Assembly: GCA_040954595.2 (NCBI GenBank)
Contig: CM082583.2
Coordinates: 1,994,925-2,058,924 of the forward strand
Direction: 5' to 3'
From: Balanoglossus misakiensis
Lineage: Eukaryota > Animalia > Hemichordata
Length of the DNA stretch: 64,000 nt
In this document: positions 12,558 to 24,963 of the stretch, one piece after another
Layout: every line of letters starts with the position of its first letter
How positions within the stretch are numbered: position 1 is the stretch's first letter
Program-made: the position numbers and the translations under genes
The notes under the pieces: model-generated
The model's input: only the letters and a program-made list of their open reading frames with translations
What the model was told of the DNA's origin: nothing
Database searches by the model: none

Positions 12558-14344
12558 GTTTCTTAAAACTGATGACGTATCTTCCCCACTTCCCTCTTTT
12601 GAGGGTCCAGATTATCACAGAAAACAATGGATTTGGACAAAACCATGGTGGTGAAAGGGTTTATCTGCACCGCATGGAAGGCTATTCAGTTCCTGAATGA
12701 AATATCCATGTATCTTTTCTCGTTTGTAGGAGATTTTCACTGTCACTCCACGGCGACGGTCTGGAGGTAACTTCTTTCGCTTCGGTTCGGCCCAGCTATA
12801 CTGGAAACACCAGGTGCAGGAGCAGAAGAGAAATGTCTTTGACAGACACGACATGTTTAGTTGAAGAGTTGCACCCTTGTCTTTGATCTGCCATACTCAG
12901 TTGAAGGCATGTTCTTGTGTCTTTCAAAAGAGCAGTAAATTATGGCAGACAGTTTGCTTAGACTTTGATATTGTGTTACCCTGTACTGCTTGTTACTTCC
13001 ACTGGACATTTCCCACAATTCAGTCTGACAATGATTAAGGTTAGGGATGGGGATGTTTTCTGACATTTCTGAATTCCACTATGGAATTGTTGTAGCATGA
13101 GCATTATGTATTTCATGAAACCTGTCCTTTCAGACACCTCCGTAATCAGAACACATCTCAATTTAATAAGGACAGATTTTTCAAGACAAAAGCTACAATT
13201 TAAATACCTTTGTATTACCTACATGCACCTATCTGTTAAGGGCAGATTTTGTCTTGAAGGTGTCCTTAATAGACATGTGTCACTATATGTTCAGGTTAAA
13301 AGCATCCATTTATTAGCCAGCATATCTGTGACCTACAAAACAATGCATGCTATATCTTGTACTCACAGACCCTCAGGGTAAAAAAATGTATGATAAGGCA
13401 GAATATATTCTTTATTTGAGCAAACAAGCCACATTGGTGTTCCAAATAAAAACTGCATTGGTATCATTCTAGTTCTGTGATGCTGGTACCTCTGTGTACT
13501 ATATATTGAATCATTCCAAAATCTTCAACCATGCAAACTTAAAACAGATGGAGAAATATATTGGGTTGTCATGTTTTGTGGTATGGCCACATATCTGTAT
13601 GTAATTTGTGTAGTTATGTTTTGTGTCGGTCAGTGTCCCTGTACTGGATTGACACAAGTTATATTTGTGATGTCATCACTTGAATGTCAGGTGACAGTGT
13701 CTTCCCAGATCTAAATGCAAAACTGTGAGTGTTAAAAAACAAAAGGGTGTTGTCGTTTAGCGACAATCATAGCAAATTGGCTCTTTTGGATTGGATATGG
13801 TTTAGTGTTAGGGTTCTGTATGTTGGAAATGATTGATAATAAATTCATTGGAAGTAATCAATGTACCTTTATAGACTAGAAGACCTAATCAGCACAAATA
13901 TAGCATGTATATATTGTTTCATATTTTGTGCTGATACGTTTCTACTTCTAGAGTTAGTATTGGAGTATATAAATATTTTATCTTGTGAGAAGGGTTTATT
14001 TATGTCAGGAATTTCTGCCATATTACATGTTGTGTTGTAATGATATATTTAAAAAAGCAATATAGTAAAATGAATACTGTGTTTAGATGATGTGTGTTTT
14101 TTTCGTATTAAAGCCCAAAAATGAAATTGTATCAGATACCAAAGTTGATAAATCTGTATCACTTTCCCTGACCATTCAAGCACTGATCGCCTTGGAAACA
14201 AGTGAGGAACTTTGCTGTATTTTAACATGAACATTGGTTTTGCTGGTTGCCTGTATCTAGTCCCCCATACATTTCCATCATGCACTTCACATATTGATAT
14301 TGGACTTGAATTAGTTGATATCACAAGAGAAAGTTATTTGCTAA

Positions 14345-14480
14345 ATGAGAATCTGTCACCAGTTCTTTGTAGTCTCCATTGGTTGCTAGTTGACAAAGAC
14401 TTGACTGCAAATTTATACAAAGCTATCAACTGTCTTGCCCCAGTCTGCATTCAGGATCTGATCACGCTGTATTATCACAG
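14345..14480 (+). mobile_element. L2-clade LINE ORF2 3' fragment (mirror copy at about 53010-53150, minus)
   Basis: Translation LSPVLCSLHWLLVDK...LYKAINCLAPVCIQDLI resembles the L2 C-terminal motif ITPVLxxLHWLP...YKALNGLAPxYLxDLL. Confidence 0.7.
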
Positions 14481-14511
14481 GGGCGCTACCTCCATGTTTT
14501 TATTGTGTTTA

Positions 14512-14583
14512 TGTGTGTGTTTGTGTGGGTGTGTGTGTGTTTGTGTGGGTGTGTGCGCACGCTCGTGTGTGTGTGTGTGTGTG
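14512..14583. repeat. Imperfect (GT)n microsatellite (mirror (CA)n at about 52896-52987)
   Basis: Directly visible. Confidence 0.9.
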
Positions 14584-14713
14584 TTGTTATTGATTGGCAT
14601 AATAAAATGTTAGGGTATCTTCAAATGTTTGTTTGGTGTTATTGATTGGCACAATAAACATACAATTATGGTCACGTTTGTTTGTTGACATTTTACGGTA
14701 TATTAAACAGTTA

Positions 14714-15634
14714 GGGACCGTTCAGTTTTTACGGCCGGGGAGGGGGGGTCACTTAAATTTAGAAGTCAAAAAGGGGGGGGGGGGGTCATCTGTTATTTTT
14801 AAACGTTTAGGGGGGGGGGGGTCACATACTTTTGCCGCCAAACTTTTGCTTTTGAGTCCACAAAATTGCGGTTTCGCACCCTTTATTTTACAAAATTTTC
14901 TAATGTGAGAGGGGGACACCCCCTCCCACACCCACCCCTTCATTCTCCGCCACATTTCATTTTTTTCCTGGTTTGTCTAGTGTACCAGGGCAGAGTGCTT
15001 GCCACCCCAACCCCACGGATGATAATATTTAAACAAGTAAATACATCAAGGAGAATAATCGTTTAAACCATTTCGCATATCTTGATGGTTTCGTGCTGCA
15101 TCTTCTATATACTAGAAGTTTTATAAATAATGTCATGACGAAGATGTCGCCAAATCGTCTAACTTTGAGTGGGTGGTAAAAAGTAAAATTGGTCCTCCCA
15201 AACATTGAGATAATTTGCTTTTGAGTTCATTAAAATGCAACTTTGCGCTACATATTTTACAAAATTTTCTTTCACGCCCACCCCCGCCACTTTTCTTGTT
15301 TTACCAGTTCTAACAACTATTGTATTGACTTGTCATTTTATTTTGTTCATAGATTTCTTTATTGCAACGATATATATACGGGTACTTCAATTACTTTAAG
15401 AAATTTATAATTGAGGTGTTAGGAGCATCATTCCCTTTATTGCATACGGTGTACATAGGATTAGGACGGCGAATGTTTTCAGCACAGGGGGGGGCATCAT
15501 ATTTTTGGGTCTGTCAAAGAGGGGGTCATCATTTTTTGCTCCTGGGTGAAAGGGGGGGGGGGTCGGCCTGATTTTGAGAACCGATGACACAAACTTGCCG
15601 CCCCCCCCCCCAGCCGTAAAAACTGAACGGTCCC
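14714..15634. mobile_element. PIF/Harbinger-type MITE with TTA TSD
   Basis: TTA|GGGACCGTTCAGTTTTTACGGC ... GCCGTAAAAACTGAACGGTCCC|TTA; absent from the partner arm at about 52770. Confidence 0.9.
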
Positions 15635-16116
15635 TTAGGTTAGGGTGTATTCAATGGTTAGGATTAGTGTTGGGATATTTTCGTGGAGCACACACAATAA
15701 AAGCATACAGGGAACGCCCCCTGTGGTATTATTAGCCTCGAGATCTAAGTCAAAGAACCAGTTGTGTAGACCAAACAGACTCAAAATATGGTGAACGTGC
15801 CTGTATCGTTGTGCCACAACTTTGAAATTCTCTGGGATCTGCTATTCAACAGGCTTCTGGAATTAACATCTTCAAACAAAAACTCTGTTAATTAAAAGCT
15901 TTATATAGCTGAAAAATTCATGGAAATTTGTTCACATTCTATAATGGTATCTATGATTTGAAGTTTGTTGAAAGTGTTGTAATATTAAACATTTACTGGT
16001 GAAAGCTTAAGCATACAGATTTATGGATTTCGCCCAATGCCTTGTCAATATTAGTCAAGCAAATGCACATAGCTTTTCGGATGGCAATTTTTAAGGGGAA
16101 GATTTTCTAACATTTA

Positions 16117-16925
16117 GGCTGCATTCACAAACACCTCTGGAGGGGGGGGGGCGGGAGAATTCAATTTTTTTCACCGCTAATTTTCACATGCCCCCCTTCC
16201 GAACTGCCAATATTTTCAAATCCCCCCCCTTCCGAACTGCCAAAATTTTGAATTCCCCCCCCCCCCCATTTTCTTTCACAGAGCAAAACACATCACCTAT
16301 CTTGTAAAAAGAAAAACAGCGCTCCCATGAAAAGAATTTGAAACTGATGTTTCCCCTCATCAGCGGGTATTAAAACTGAACATTGTTTTGATTTTTTAAG
16401 TACATATATTTGTATTCTGTGTTGGGAGACATTGTAAACCAAGAATTGAAGGGGGTGGGTTTGGGAGGGGGTGTCCCCCTCCCACGTAAGAAAATTTTCT
16501 AAAATACAGAGCTCAAAGCTGCATTTTAATGAACCCGGCAAAAGCAAATTAACTCAACTACGGGTATGTTGGGAGGGGGGGGACAAATTTAACCGTCGCC
16601 GCTGAAAGTTATCATGGGGTGGGGCAAGTCCCCTGATCTGGGACACTAGATAAACCAGTCAATGATTGAAAGGTGTTGATGAATGGAGGGGATGGGTGTG
16701 GGAGGGGATGTCCCCCTCCCACATCAGAAAATTTTGTAAAATAAAGGGCGCGAAACTGCATTTTTGTGGACTCAAAATAAATAGTAAGTCGTTAAAGTTT
16801 TCAAGTCCCCCCCTTTCAGTCCCTAAATTATTTCAAATCCCCCCCTTACATACCCTCAATTTTTTCAAATCCCCCCCTCAATTCTCCTGCCCCCCCCCCC
16901 TCCAGAGGTGTTTGTGAATGCAGCC
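16117..16925. mobile_element. PIF/Harbinger-type MITE with TTA TSD (family of 41107-41926)
   Basis: TTA|GGCTGCATTCACAAACACCTCTGGAGGG ... CCCTCCAGAGGTGTTTGTGAATGCAGCC|TTA; the partner arm has a single TTA at the empty site (about 52413). Confidence 0.92.
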
Positions 16926-18272
16926 TTACACTTGTACTCAAGCACTACAATGCAGAAATCTCCTTTACTCTGGGATGGGTTCAAAAAGAATGCGCACAAC
17001 ACACCGTCTTTTGTTTCTCAGAGCAAGTGACATGGATATGTAAAGATTGCATCAAAGTCCTTTCAGTCTGTAGTGGGACCGTTCCCCGTATAGACGTCAT
17101 GGAACAACATGATATGACCACTCCATGATATAACAGACGTAGCTTCACCGTAACGCCCTCAACGACAGAAGAATATATTATGTTGTTGTTTTTCGGCGAG
17201 AACGTGAACTGCAGTCATGATCGACATACCACTTGTACATTTTCACCAGGAGAATATCTTCTTTCTGCTGTTTTTTTCCGGTCCGCTGTCAAGACGTTGA
17301 TGTGGTTCAGCTGGACGTTCAAATGTGCGAACGAATGTAGTTATCAACTGCCAGAACTGAAAGCTGATGGCGCCATCTACAACGAAAGATGAAGTTCAGT
17401 GTCCATGCTTGTATTACAAAATCCAAAATAAAACAAGATAGCGATAATCGAACACCTTAGTAGTCATAAACAACGACAGTGTTCTTTAACAAGGTTTTCG
17501 CATTAAATGTCAGCATATTAAAATCATAACCGACTTGGGTGCTCGTGTATACATGTGCCTGTTAAATATATCGAGAAAGTTAAATACTACGTCCATGGGT
17601 CTTTTGGATCAGTCAGCTATCATGATACATGTATTTATGGTTTAGAATGTCACTTGTTGCACGTTACAAAGCTACACTATTCACCATTCATGGACTTTGC
17701 GACCATCACATGCGTATGGGTTGGGTTTCCAGTATTTTCTGATATGATACAGCATATTTCCACTGATAATTAAAAATACGCGTTGTAAGTTTCACCGTCC
17801 GAACAAATGCACAGAGGTCAAACATACAAGGTTCGTGATGGCCTCGCGGCGTGTTTAGGTTCCAGTATCCGTCCAGACCAGAAACCAGAAAAGTTGGTCG
17901 CTTGAAAAGACAAGAGATTCAAGTACTTCAAACGTATACCTTTGCGACAACAAATTGATTTAGAAGATTTGGTGTACAACCTAAGTATACACCGATAAAA
18001 TTGTTTTCCACAAAATGTAGAAACGCAACATGCGGACTGATCACTGATGTGGGTCATTGTATTGTAAAAGAGTCAACCATGACCTATATTTCGATGGCAT
18101 TGTATCTCAGTATACCTTTTACCCGCAAACGCTACTATTGATCCATGTCAAGTTTCGTCAAATTTGACGCAAGAACACTAAATTAACAAGATTCACTGCA
18201 CGAATTAAGATTTTACTCAAATTATTCATAAATTACAAAAATAACATGACGGAGCTAAAAGTCTTCTAGTTA

Positions 18273-18525
18273 GGCCAAATAAAAAATATGTTCTGTTCCG
18301 ATTACCCGACCTACCCTAATTTTAGCCCTCCGACCCTAAACTTTTTAGAGCTTCGTAAACCGGAAGTAAAACAATGATGCCAAATATACAAAATGTATGA
18401 ATAGCGAGAATCACGCAAGAACTATGACGCCATTATTCTATACTACGGCGGCCGAAGATATAACCTACCATATTTTTGAAAACCATGTAATCGGAACGGC
18501 ACATGTTATTTTTGGGGAGGGGGCC
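18273..18525. mobile_element. Small GGCC-ended MITE with TTA flanks (second copy about 29905-30164)
   Basis: Shared internal CCGATTACCCGACCTACCCTAATTTTA and TTTTTGAAAACCATGTAATC; TTA|GGCC ... GGCC|TTA. Confidence 0.75.
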
Positions 18526-18827
18526 TTAGCACATACCGTCGTCAGATAAGTCTGATAGCCTATACATGTACATCACTGATAAGCAAAGTGTATTACATTT
18601 TGAAATTTGCAGTTTACTGATCCGATAGTGCAGCATATGGAGAGGTTAATACCGTACGCCGATGAGGCGGACTGAGTGTGTGTACTAAAAAGCTGTCAAA
18701 AAAGTTGACATTACACAGTTTTATACCAGTTTACCATGGTCAATGTGTACCCGGATTCTAGGGAGTAAGGAAATGACACCGTTTGTGCTCACTAGGCACT
18801 GTTAAGGTTGAAGAACTGGTGTGAAAT

Positions 18828-18923
18828 TTGCCTCTCCAGAGGGCGCCGTCAATGACCTTTGGCTCTTCAGAGATGCGTCTCTGAAAAGCCAAAGGTCATT
18901 GACGGCGCCCTCTTGAGAGGCAA
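18828..18923. mobile_element. 96-bp palindromic mini-element with imperfect 9-bp TSD
   Basis: Near-perfect hairpin TTGCCTCT...AGAGGCAA flanked by GTGTGAAAT and GTGTGACAT. Confidence 0.8.
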
Positions 18924-19030
18924 GTGTGACATCTGACTTCGTTATTCATTTTCACTTACAGTACTGAAGTTTACCGACGCCCTTTAAAAACCCTCAGTTC
19001 ATAGGCGGAATTGACTATGCGGAGGCTTAA

Positions 19031-21690
19031 TGAGGTCACAGAAGTAGTTTTTTTATTTTATACCTGTAATTTTTTTTCATGCCTGTAATAAAAATTTCAT
19101 ACCTGTAATAAAATTTCATACCTGTAATAAAAATTTCATGCCTGTAATTAAAATTTCATGCCTGTAATTTTTTTTTTTTACTTTCGTGACCTTTGAACCT
19201 ACAAGATCTGCTCAGCTCAGCTGAGTTCAAGTGTGATATTGCGGTCAAAATTCAGCAACTAAGTATTCAAAGCCGCATCACCTCGCTCATGGATATGCCT
19301 ATTGTTAAAGGAATGGGTCCGGGCTTTTGGAGGCGCATCCGGACGCAAAGCCTATTCTCCTCGTGCTTGAGCCCATTATTACCGAGTTGGGTATCCCCCC
19401 AATCCTTAAAATACAGTCAAACCAAGTAACAAACAAGTTACCACTACAAACACACCCACAACAAAAGCCTTTGAAAATCCAATTAAATCATTGAGGTTCT
19501 CATATCTTTTTGTGTTCTGCTTTTCGTCGTTCCACACCTCCCTGTGCTTATGAATTCCCCCGGCGACAAATTCATGTGGGTTTCTAAATGATAGTAGTGC
19601 GGGCGACACTTTCTTGTTGGATTTACGAACCTCATCGACATTGATAACGGGTCTCCTGTCGAGGGGCGCCCTCAAGAGATACCCATGTGTATGACTTTCT
19701 GGCGACTGGAAGTTCCTCAGGGCCGATTTCCCATGCGTAGGGAGTGAACAGAAAAGAATACATAAAGACTATGGGCTACTAAATGTAAAATGTTTTCTTG
19801 AGGGAGCCCCTAGACAGGACCTCAGTAAGGCGAGTTTTAGTCCTCCCTGCGTTCGGGGCGATGTTTGGTGTATGATAAACACGGGATATCCGCTACTGGT
19901 TGAGTGGGGTCAATCTAGGAAGGCGAGATATAAAAGCATTTTTTTTTCTTTCTTTCTTTTATTTTATTCTCAAGACAACCTTTTAATTGTCACGGAGGGT
20001 TGTAAGCAAACCAGACTTTTCGTACATTTCAAGTTATCAAAGCATCACAGCAAGTTCTTAAGTGTGGGTGTCCGTGTAGCGTTTGCTCCATCTGAGTTGC
20101 TCAGGCATGTTTTGTGCGTCTGTATTTATATGCGTGAATGCGTTCCGTCTATGGTGCGAGCGGTTGGTCGAAAGTATGCGATTGTGTGGGTGTGCATGAA
20201 GGCGTCTATTAGTGTGCAGGCGACCGAGAGAAGTATGCGTGTTAGTACAGTGTGCATGCGTGTACGTGGATGAGTAACCCATGTTTTACTTGCTGTGACG
20301 AATAAATATAAACGAGCAAAGAGAGAGAAAAAACACAGCAATGTGGGTATACTACTTTCTTTTTGGGCAGGCTCTGGCAACATGCCCTTTCTCACCGCAG
20401 ACAAAGCATGTGACTAGTTCATCCTTATTTCTTTTCTCAGTGCGGCGATGCGGTTTCTGTCAATTCTTGCAGTTTTTTTTTTTTTTTACCTGGCTTCTTT
20501 AGGTTCTCCAACTCCCTTTTCTGCAATACAAGTAAACGTACACATACAATAACTTCTCTGCCCATTACCACGGGTGGAAAGTATACTTGCTCTCCCGTAC
20601 TGAAGACTCCCCTTTTGTTTACAGGGCGAGCGCCTCATTACATAGGCATCAGCAAATTCAAGGCGAACATGCGTCTGCTACGTAAATGACCGCTCACATT
20701 GCTCCTCCCTCGAGCCTATGTATTTCCTTTGGCCTCAGCCACAATAATTCGGCGCTCTCGCAGTCATCACCGGATGAACTGCCTGGCCGGTCTCCTTGGC
20801 ACTCATGGGTATAACCCACCCAGCTCTATTTAACAAACAAATGTTGGCGCTCTCGCAGTATATCACACTGCCTGGCCTGCCGCTCACTCCTGTAACTCCA
20901 AGTATTCGACGCATATTGCATAGAAAATAAAATTCAATCTCCATTCAGTTCTACCATGCCTGTTACGTAGGGGAAAGGAATCGTTTTTTGTTTTTTTTTT
21001 TTTTTTCAATTGGCGAAACAGGTGGTGTCAGGCCTAACAGGTGGCGGAATTTCAAATTGGTGATTTGGCCTTCCACCTGCACTAAGAAAATTCGAAAGCC
21101 GAAAAACAACGCGAGGGGAGAAATGTGGTGAACCGTAGTGCATAAAAAACAACAACAGGGGACCGAACTGCAAATCAAAACCGAAATGACCGGAGGCATA
21201 CAAGGGGGAAAACTAACCCTGGTTACACTGCTGCTGACGCCTGTTGCCTCTCCACTTGCTGGTTTTGGTGCAGCATTTTGCTGGGGTGTGGCACCACCGG
21301 GACCGGGTCTTGGATGGCGACCGGATAGTTGTGCGGAGTCCTGGTGTGAGTCCACAAAAGCTCGAACTGCGGAACCAGTTTGAGCCATGGTTCGTGCTGT
21401 CGTGGCCTATTGCAAGGGAGGGACAGACTGTACGTTGCTCGTTGCTTTTATACTTCGGCTCATTTGCATATGGCGGATGGATATCGCTCTGTGCCGCGGT
21501 TTTGAATAAGCCAGTCACTCTACATGCGATCGTAAGTTGTAAGTTCAAAGGTCATGAAACTAAAAAAAAGAAAATTACAGGCATGAAACACTTCACGTCA
21601 TCAGATCATGCCTGTATTTTTTTTTACTTTAATGACCTTTGAACCTTATACATCATCTTGTGACCCTTGGCTCAGCTCAGTGAGCAACAG
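19031..21690 (-). mobile_element. Decayed element with a 20-bp repeat array and inverted plus direct terminal blocks; possible DIRS-type derivative
   Basis: About 6 copies of CAT(A/G)CCTGTAAT at 19060-19170; block 19137-19200 recurs inverted at 21541-21585 and direct at 21607-21648; minus-strand peptide FRNPHEFVAGGIHKHREVW resembles the region upstream of DIRS reverse transcriptases. Confidence 0.5.
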
Positions 21691-21843
21691 GCCAAATTTA
21701 GCATCAACCCATACAAGGCAGTCAGTAGAGAATGCAGAAAAAGTCGAACCAGCTATATACCGCTTGCTATGAACTGTTTTGACAGCACTAGTCATTTGTG
21801 GTGAATGAGCAGGCCCCGGCAATACATCGTAACTTGCAGCTTA

Positions 21844-22150
21844 GGGACCGTTCACCTTTTACGGCTGGGGGGGGGGGGGGGTGTTGTAAGTTTGGGTCAT
21901 CTGTTTTCGAAAACAGGCAGACCCCCTTCACCCTGGACCAAAAAATGACGACTCCCCTTTGACAGACAACAAAATATGATGACCCCCCCCCCCCCGAAAA
22001 CATGACACAACTACTTGTGTAGGAAAACGGTTTCTTTCCAAGAGCCTGCTCGCCGTCCTGATTTTATGTTTACTGTATGTAGTAAAGGGAAAGAGGCTCC
22101 CCACACCTGAATTATAAATATCATTAAGAAATTTAGAATTGGGGTGTATA
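21844..22150. mobile_element. Truncated Harbinger-type MITE related to 14714-15634
   Basis: TTA|GGGACCGTTCACCTTTTACGGC start; internal similarity to the reverse complement of 15390-15634; second TIR not seen. Confidence 0.7.
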
Positions 22151-22499
22151 TCGAGCCAATGAAGTTTGGCTTTCCTCGAGCCCGCGCCTATAAACAAACG
22201 TTAATGGTCAGGGCGGAGTCAGTCATTTAAATTATATCACCAACGAACTCAAGAAAACCGTCAAAAATTACGAAATGTCCCACGCAAATGAATATAGGGC
22301 CCCGGAACTTGTGTTACGCAAAATGTTGTATTCACTGAACTGTATGCTAATATTACTATTCAGATTTTCGGGCATGTAAACAAACCATTACTGAGTATTT
22401 GTGGTCAGTGACGTCGTTCATCTTGACCAATTAAAATGCGACGCACAGGCCATGGTAATATAATAGTTAATAGTATGGCGTTGCAATAAAGAAATTTAT

Positions 22500-22880
22500 A
22501 ATATACCTCATGCTAATACTGTGCCGTGATTCGCCAGAATCCGTCACGTGATAGGAAAATAGAATCGACTATGAACCGCTAGGTAAATAGCAGAAAAAAT
22601 ATAAACCGGTCACGTGACCAACGTGGTCACGTCAATCAGCGTCGTGTCGTCTGACACAATGGCCACCGCTGAAGATGTCGTCTGCCAGCCTCAAGAGAGA
22701 ATTGCAAGATTTTCCCAGCTGTTAGCATGAGGTTTATATTCGGGCAATAGCAGCCGTTTTTACCCCCTCGTGACTGTGAGTTACCAGAATCATATGCTAT
22801 TTCCCTCGGCCTGCGGCCTCGGGAAATAGCATATGATTCTGGTAACTCACAGCCCCTCGGGTGTAATAAACGGCCGCTAT
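22500..22880. mobile_element. IR-spacer-IR-hairpin element
   Basis: AATATACCTCATGCTAA (22500) is inverted at 22722-22740; hairpin 22747-22880 has core CCCTCGGCCTGCGGCCTCGGG. Confidence 0.75.
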
Positions 22881-22925
22881 GGCCCTCATGGCCAGGCAAT
22901 AGGTGTTCAATATGAATAAATTATA

Positions 22926-23151
22926 ATGCTACACCATTGAGCGCATAGCCCGACTTGGCCAATTTTTGTGGGTAACCGATCGACCTTTCATAGCTTATAA
23001 GGCAAGTGGGATGAAAACAATGTGGTTTGTTTTGTTCTGCAAAAAGTGGTTTTAAAATTCAGACATTTGCAGAAAAAGGAAAAAACGGAAACTTGCGATA
23101 AAAAATATTACCCTTCCGTCTACACTTTAATGGAAAATTGGGGAAAATATT
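22926..23151 (-). repeat. 5S rDNA non-transcribed spacer, uninterrupted copy, truncated before the next gene
   Basis: 22926-23046 matches 23307-23430, the sequence upstream of the 5S gene, implying a native repeat unit of about 380 bp. Confidence 0.85.
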
Positions 23152-23271
23152 AAGCCTACAGCACGTAGTATTCCCAGACGGTCTCCCGTCCAAGTACTAA
23201 CTATGCCCAACGCAGGTTTGCTTCGGTGATCAGACGAGAACCGGCTTATTCTACGTGGTATGGCCGTAGGC
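23152..23271 (-). rRNA. RNA5S: 5S rRNA gene, full length 120 nt, divergent (possibly a pseudogene)
   Basis: Minus strand reads GCCTACGGCCATACCACGTAGAATAAGCCGGTTCTCGTCTGATCACCGAAG...GTTAGTACTTGGACGGGAGACCGTCTGGGAATACTACGTGCTGTAGGCTT; terminal helix and box C are recognisable; TTTT lies just downstream. Confidence 0.95.
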
Positions 23272-23430
23272 GAAGGATTGTTGAAATTCTCCTGCTATGA
23301 ACCCGAATGCTACACCATTGAACACGTATCCCTACTTGGCCAATTTTAGTGGGTAACCGATCGACCTTTCATAGCTTATAAGGCAAGTGGGATGAAAAAA
23401 AATGTGGTTTGTTTTGTTCTGCAAAAAAAG

Positions 23431-24767
23431 AGGTATACCAAATAATATCATTAGAATTCTATCTGTTGTGTTAAACTTATTTACATTACAGGCACTGTAA
23501 ATATACCCGAAAACAAGTTGCCACAAGGATTGAATTGTCTGGCAGCACACAAGCAAATGATACACGTCTTCGGGGGGAAATGTGCAGAAGTCACAAGTAG
23601 GACTAAGGATTTTGCCTGCTTTGTAAAGACGAAGGTTACAAAAAACTGCGTTGTGACAAATGAGATAATCCAGATCACCTAGGTAGTTATCCTTGAAATT
23701 TGTGTAAACCTTACTAAAATCAAAGTTTGGCAGGTGGAAAAGCCAATACTGAACACCCGTGGGCACTGTTTTTCTCAGATGTCGAGCAATTGTAGTAATG
23801 TGTCTAACTTTAAGAGAATGGAAAGGAACACGTTGATTATGAGCATTAACAATAAAGAGTGACGGGTTTTTGTCCACTTTGTTATAATTTTTGTAATTAC
23901 TCTGCAGAATATCATGCCACTTTTGTGGAATTGAATTGAGGATAATATGGTACTGCTTCTCAACAGTATTGCTTGTGGGAGTGTAGGGATGGGCCAATGA
24001 AACCATGTCACGAATTGCATCAACAGGTAGGAACCCAGGAATGACCTCGTATAACAAATCTCTGATTTCAACAATGCCAGCAGAGCTGAAAAGTTTTATG
24101 ATCGGCAGAGGGCGCCCTTCAACACTTGTAATGAAGGGGTTGTGAAACATGGGTTCATTGATAATTTCATCGTAGGAAATTGGTTGTGCACGTGAATACC
24201 TGAAAAGATGCGACCAAGACTGAAAAAGTTCCCTGTAGAATGTAGAACACTGGCGTAAGTTGGCAGTATAAAGTAACATTTTAAAAGTGTCAACACCACA
24301 ATTGAGATTGAGATACTTATTTAAGTTGTAGGTGACAAACAACTTGAATTTGTGTACATAATCTTTATCCTGTAATTTACACAACCACTTGAGACGAAGT
24401 GCTGGCACTTTGTCTTGAATATTTGTGATTTTTAGTCCCCCATCTTGAATGTCGGAAGTGATGACATCATATTTCACCCTGTGATGACCTTTGCTCAAGA
24501 AGAAATTACAGATCATTCAAAATGTGTATGTGTTGCTGAGGCAAAGAAACAACAGATGCCCGGTACCAAAGAGTAGACGTAACAAGGGAGTTGATAATAA
24601 GGGTTTTCCCTTTGTACGACAAATGACCAAGATTTCAGAATTCTACAGATTTTTTGAATGCGCTGAGCCCAATTGAAATCATCTGCAACTGACTTGTCAT
24701 GACTCAGCATGACACCAAGAATGACCAGGCCATCCGGTTGAAGCTTAACAGGTAAAGGGCAGTCAGT
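23431..24767 (-). mobile_element. Tx1/L1-clade non-LTR retrotransposon ORF2 C-terminal fragment, copy 1
   Basis: ORF 23332-24516 has DGGLKITNI, ALRLKWL, EPMFHNP and the zinc knuckle CDFC...EDVYHLLVCC; a frameshifted upstream KGKTLIINSLVTSTLWY motif is typical of Tx1. Confidence 0.9.
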
Positions 24768-24805
24768 ACGAGAACCGGCTTATTCTACGTGGTATGGCCG
24801 TAAGC
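24768..24805 (-). pseudogene. 5S rRNA 5' fragment (nt 1-38) fused to Tx1 copy 1
   Basis: Minus strand GCTTACGGCCATACCACGTAGAATAAGCCGGTTCTCGT runs directly into Tx1 ACTGACTGCC; preceded by about 158 bp of spacer with TTTATAG at about -30. Confidence 0.9.
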
Positions 24806-24963
24806 GAAGGATGCTGGAATTTCTCCTGCTATAAACCCGAATGCTACACCATTGAACACGTATCCTGACTTGGCCAATTTTTGTGGGTAACCGATCGACC
24901 TTTCATAGCTTATAAGGCATGTGGGATGAAAAAAATGTGGTTTGTTTTGTTCTGCAAAAAAAG

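Larger units (their letters stand above)
9909..17370. repeat. Arm A of a multi-kb inverted repeat (partner 51925-57284; short remnant at 2054-2298)
   Basis: Reverse-complement matches shown by mirrored ORF-track peptides (11272+/55703-, 14049-/53168+, 12615-/55017+) and direct inspection of both ends. Confidence 0.92.

Noticed and set aside
14760-16900. Long G/C runs as functional G-quadruplex elements
   Set aside because: They lie inside Harbinger-type MITEs and vary in length between copies; homopolymer lengths may also be unreliable.
9909-17370. Inverted arms as TIRs of a Polinton or other giant transposon
   Set aside because: No polymerase, integrase or transposase ORF in the spacer, the ends are the most diverged parts, and no TSD was found.
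23272-23430. Sequence after the Tx1 ORF as the element's own 3' UTR
   Set aside because: The same sequence occurs without the element at 22926-23046 and 29373-29491 and carries the -30 TATA-like box, so it is best read as 5S spacer.
24768-24805. 5S-derived SINE (SINE3) head
   Set aside because: The fragments stop at nt 30-38, before boxes A and C, and keep upstream spacer, unlike Pol III-transcribed SINE heads.
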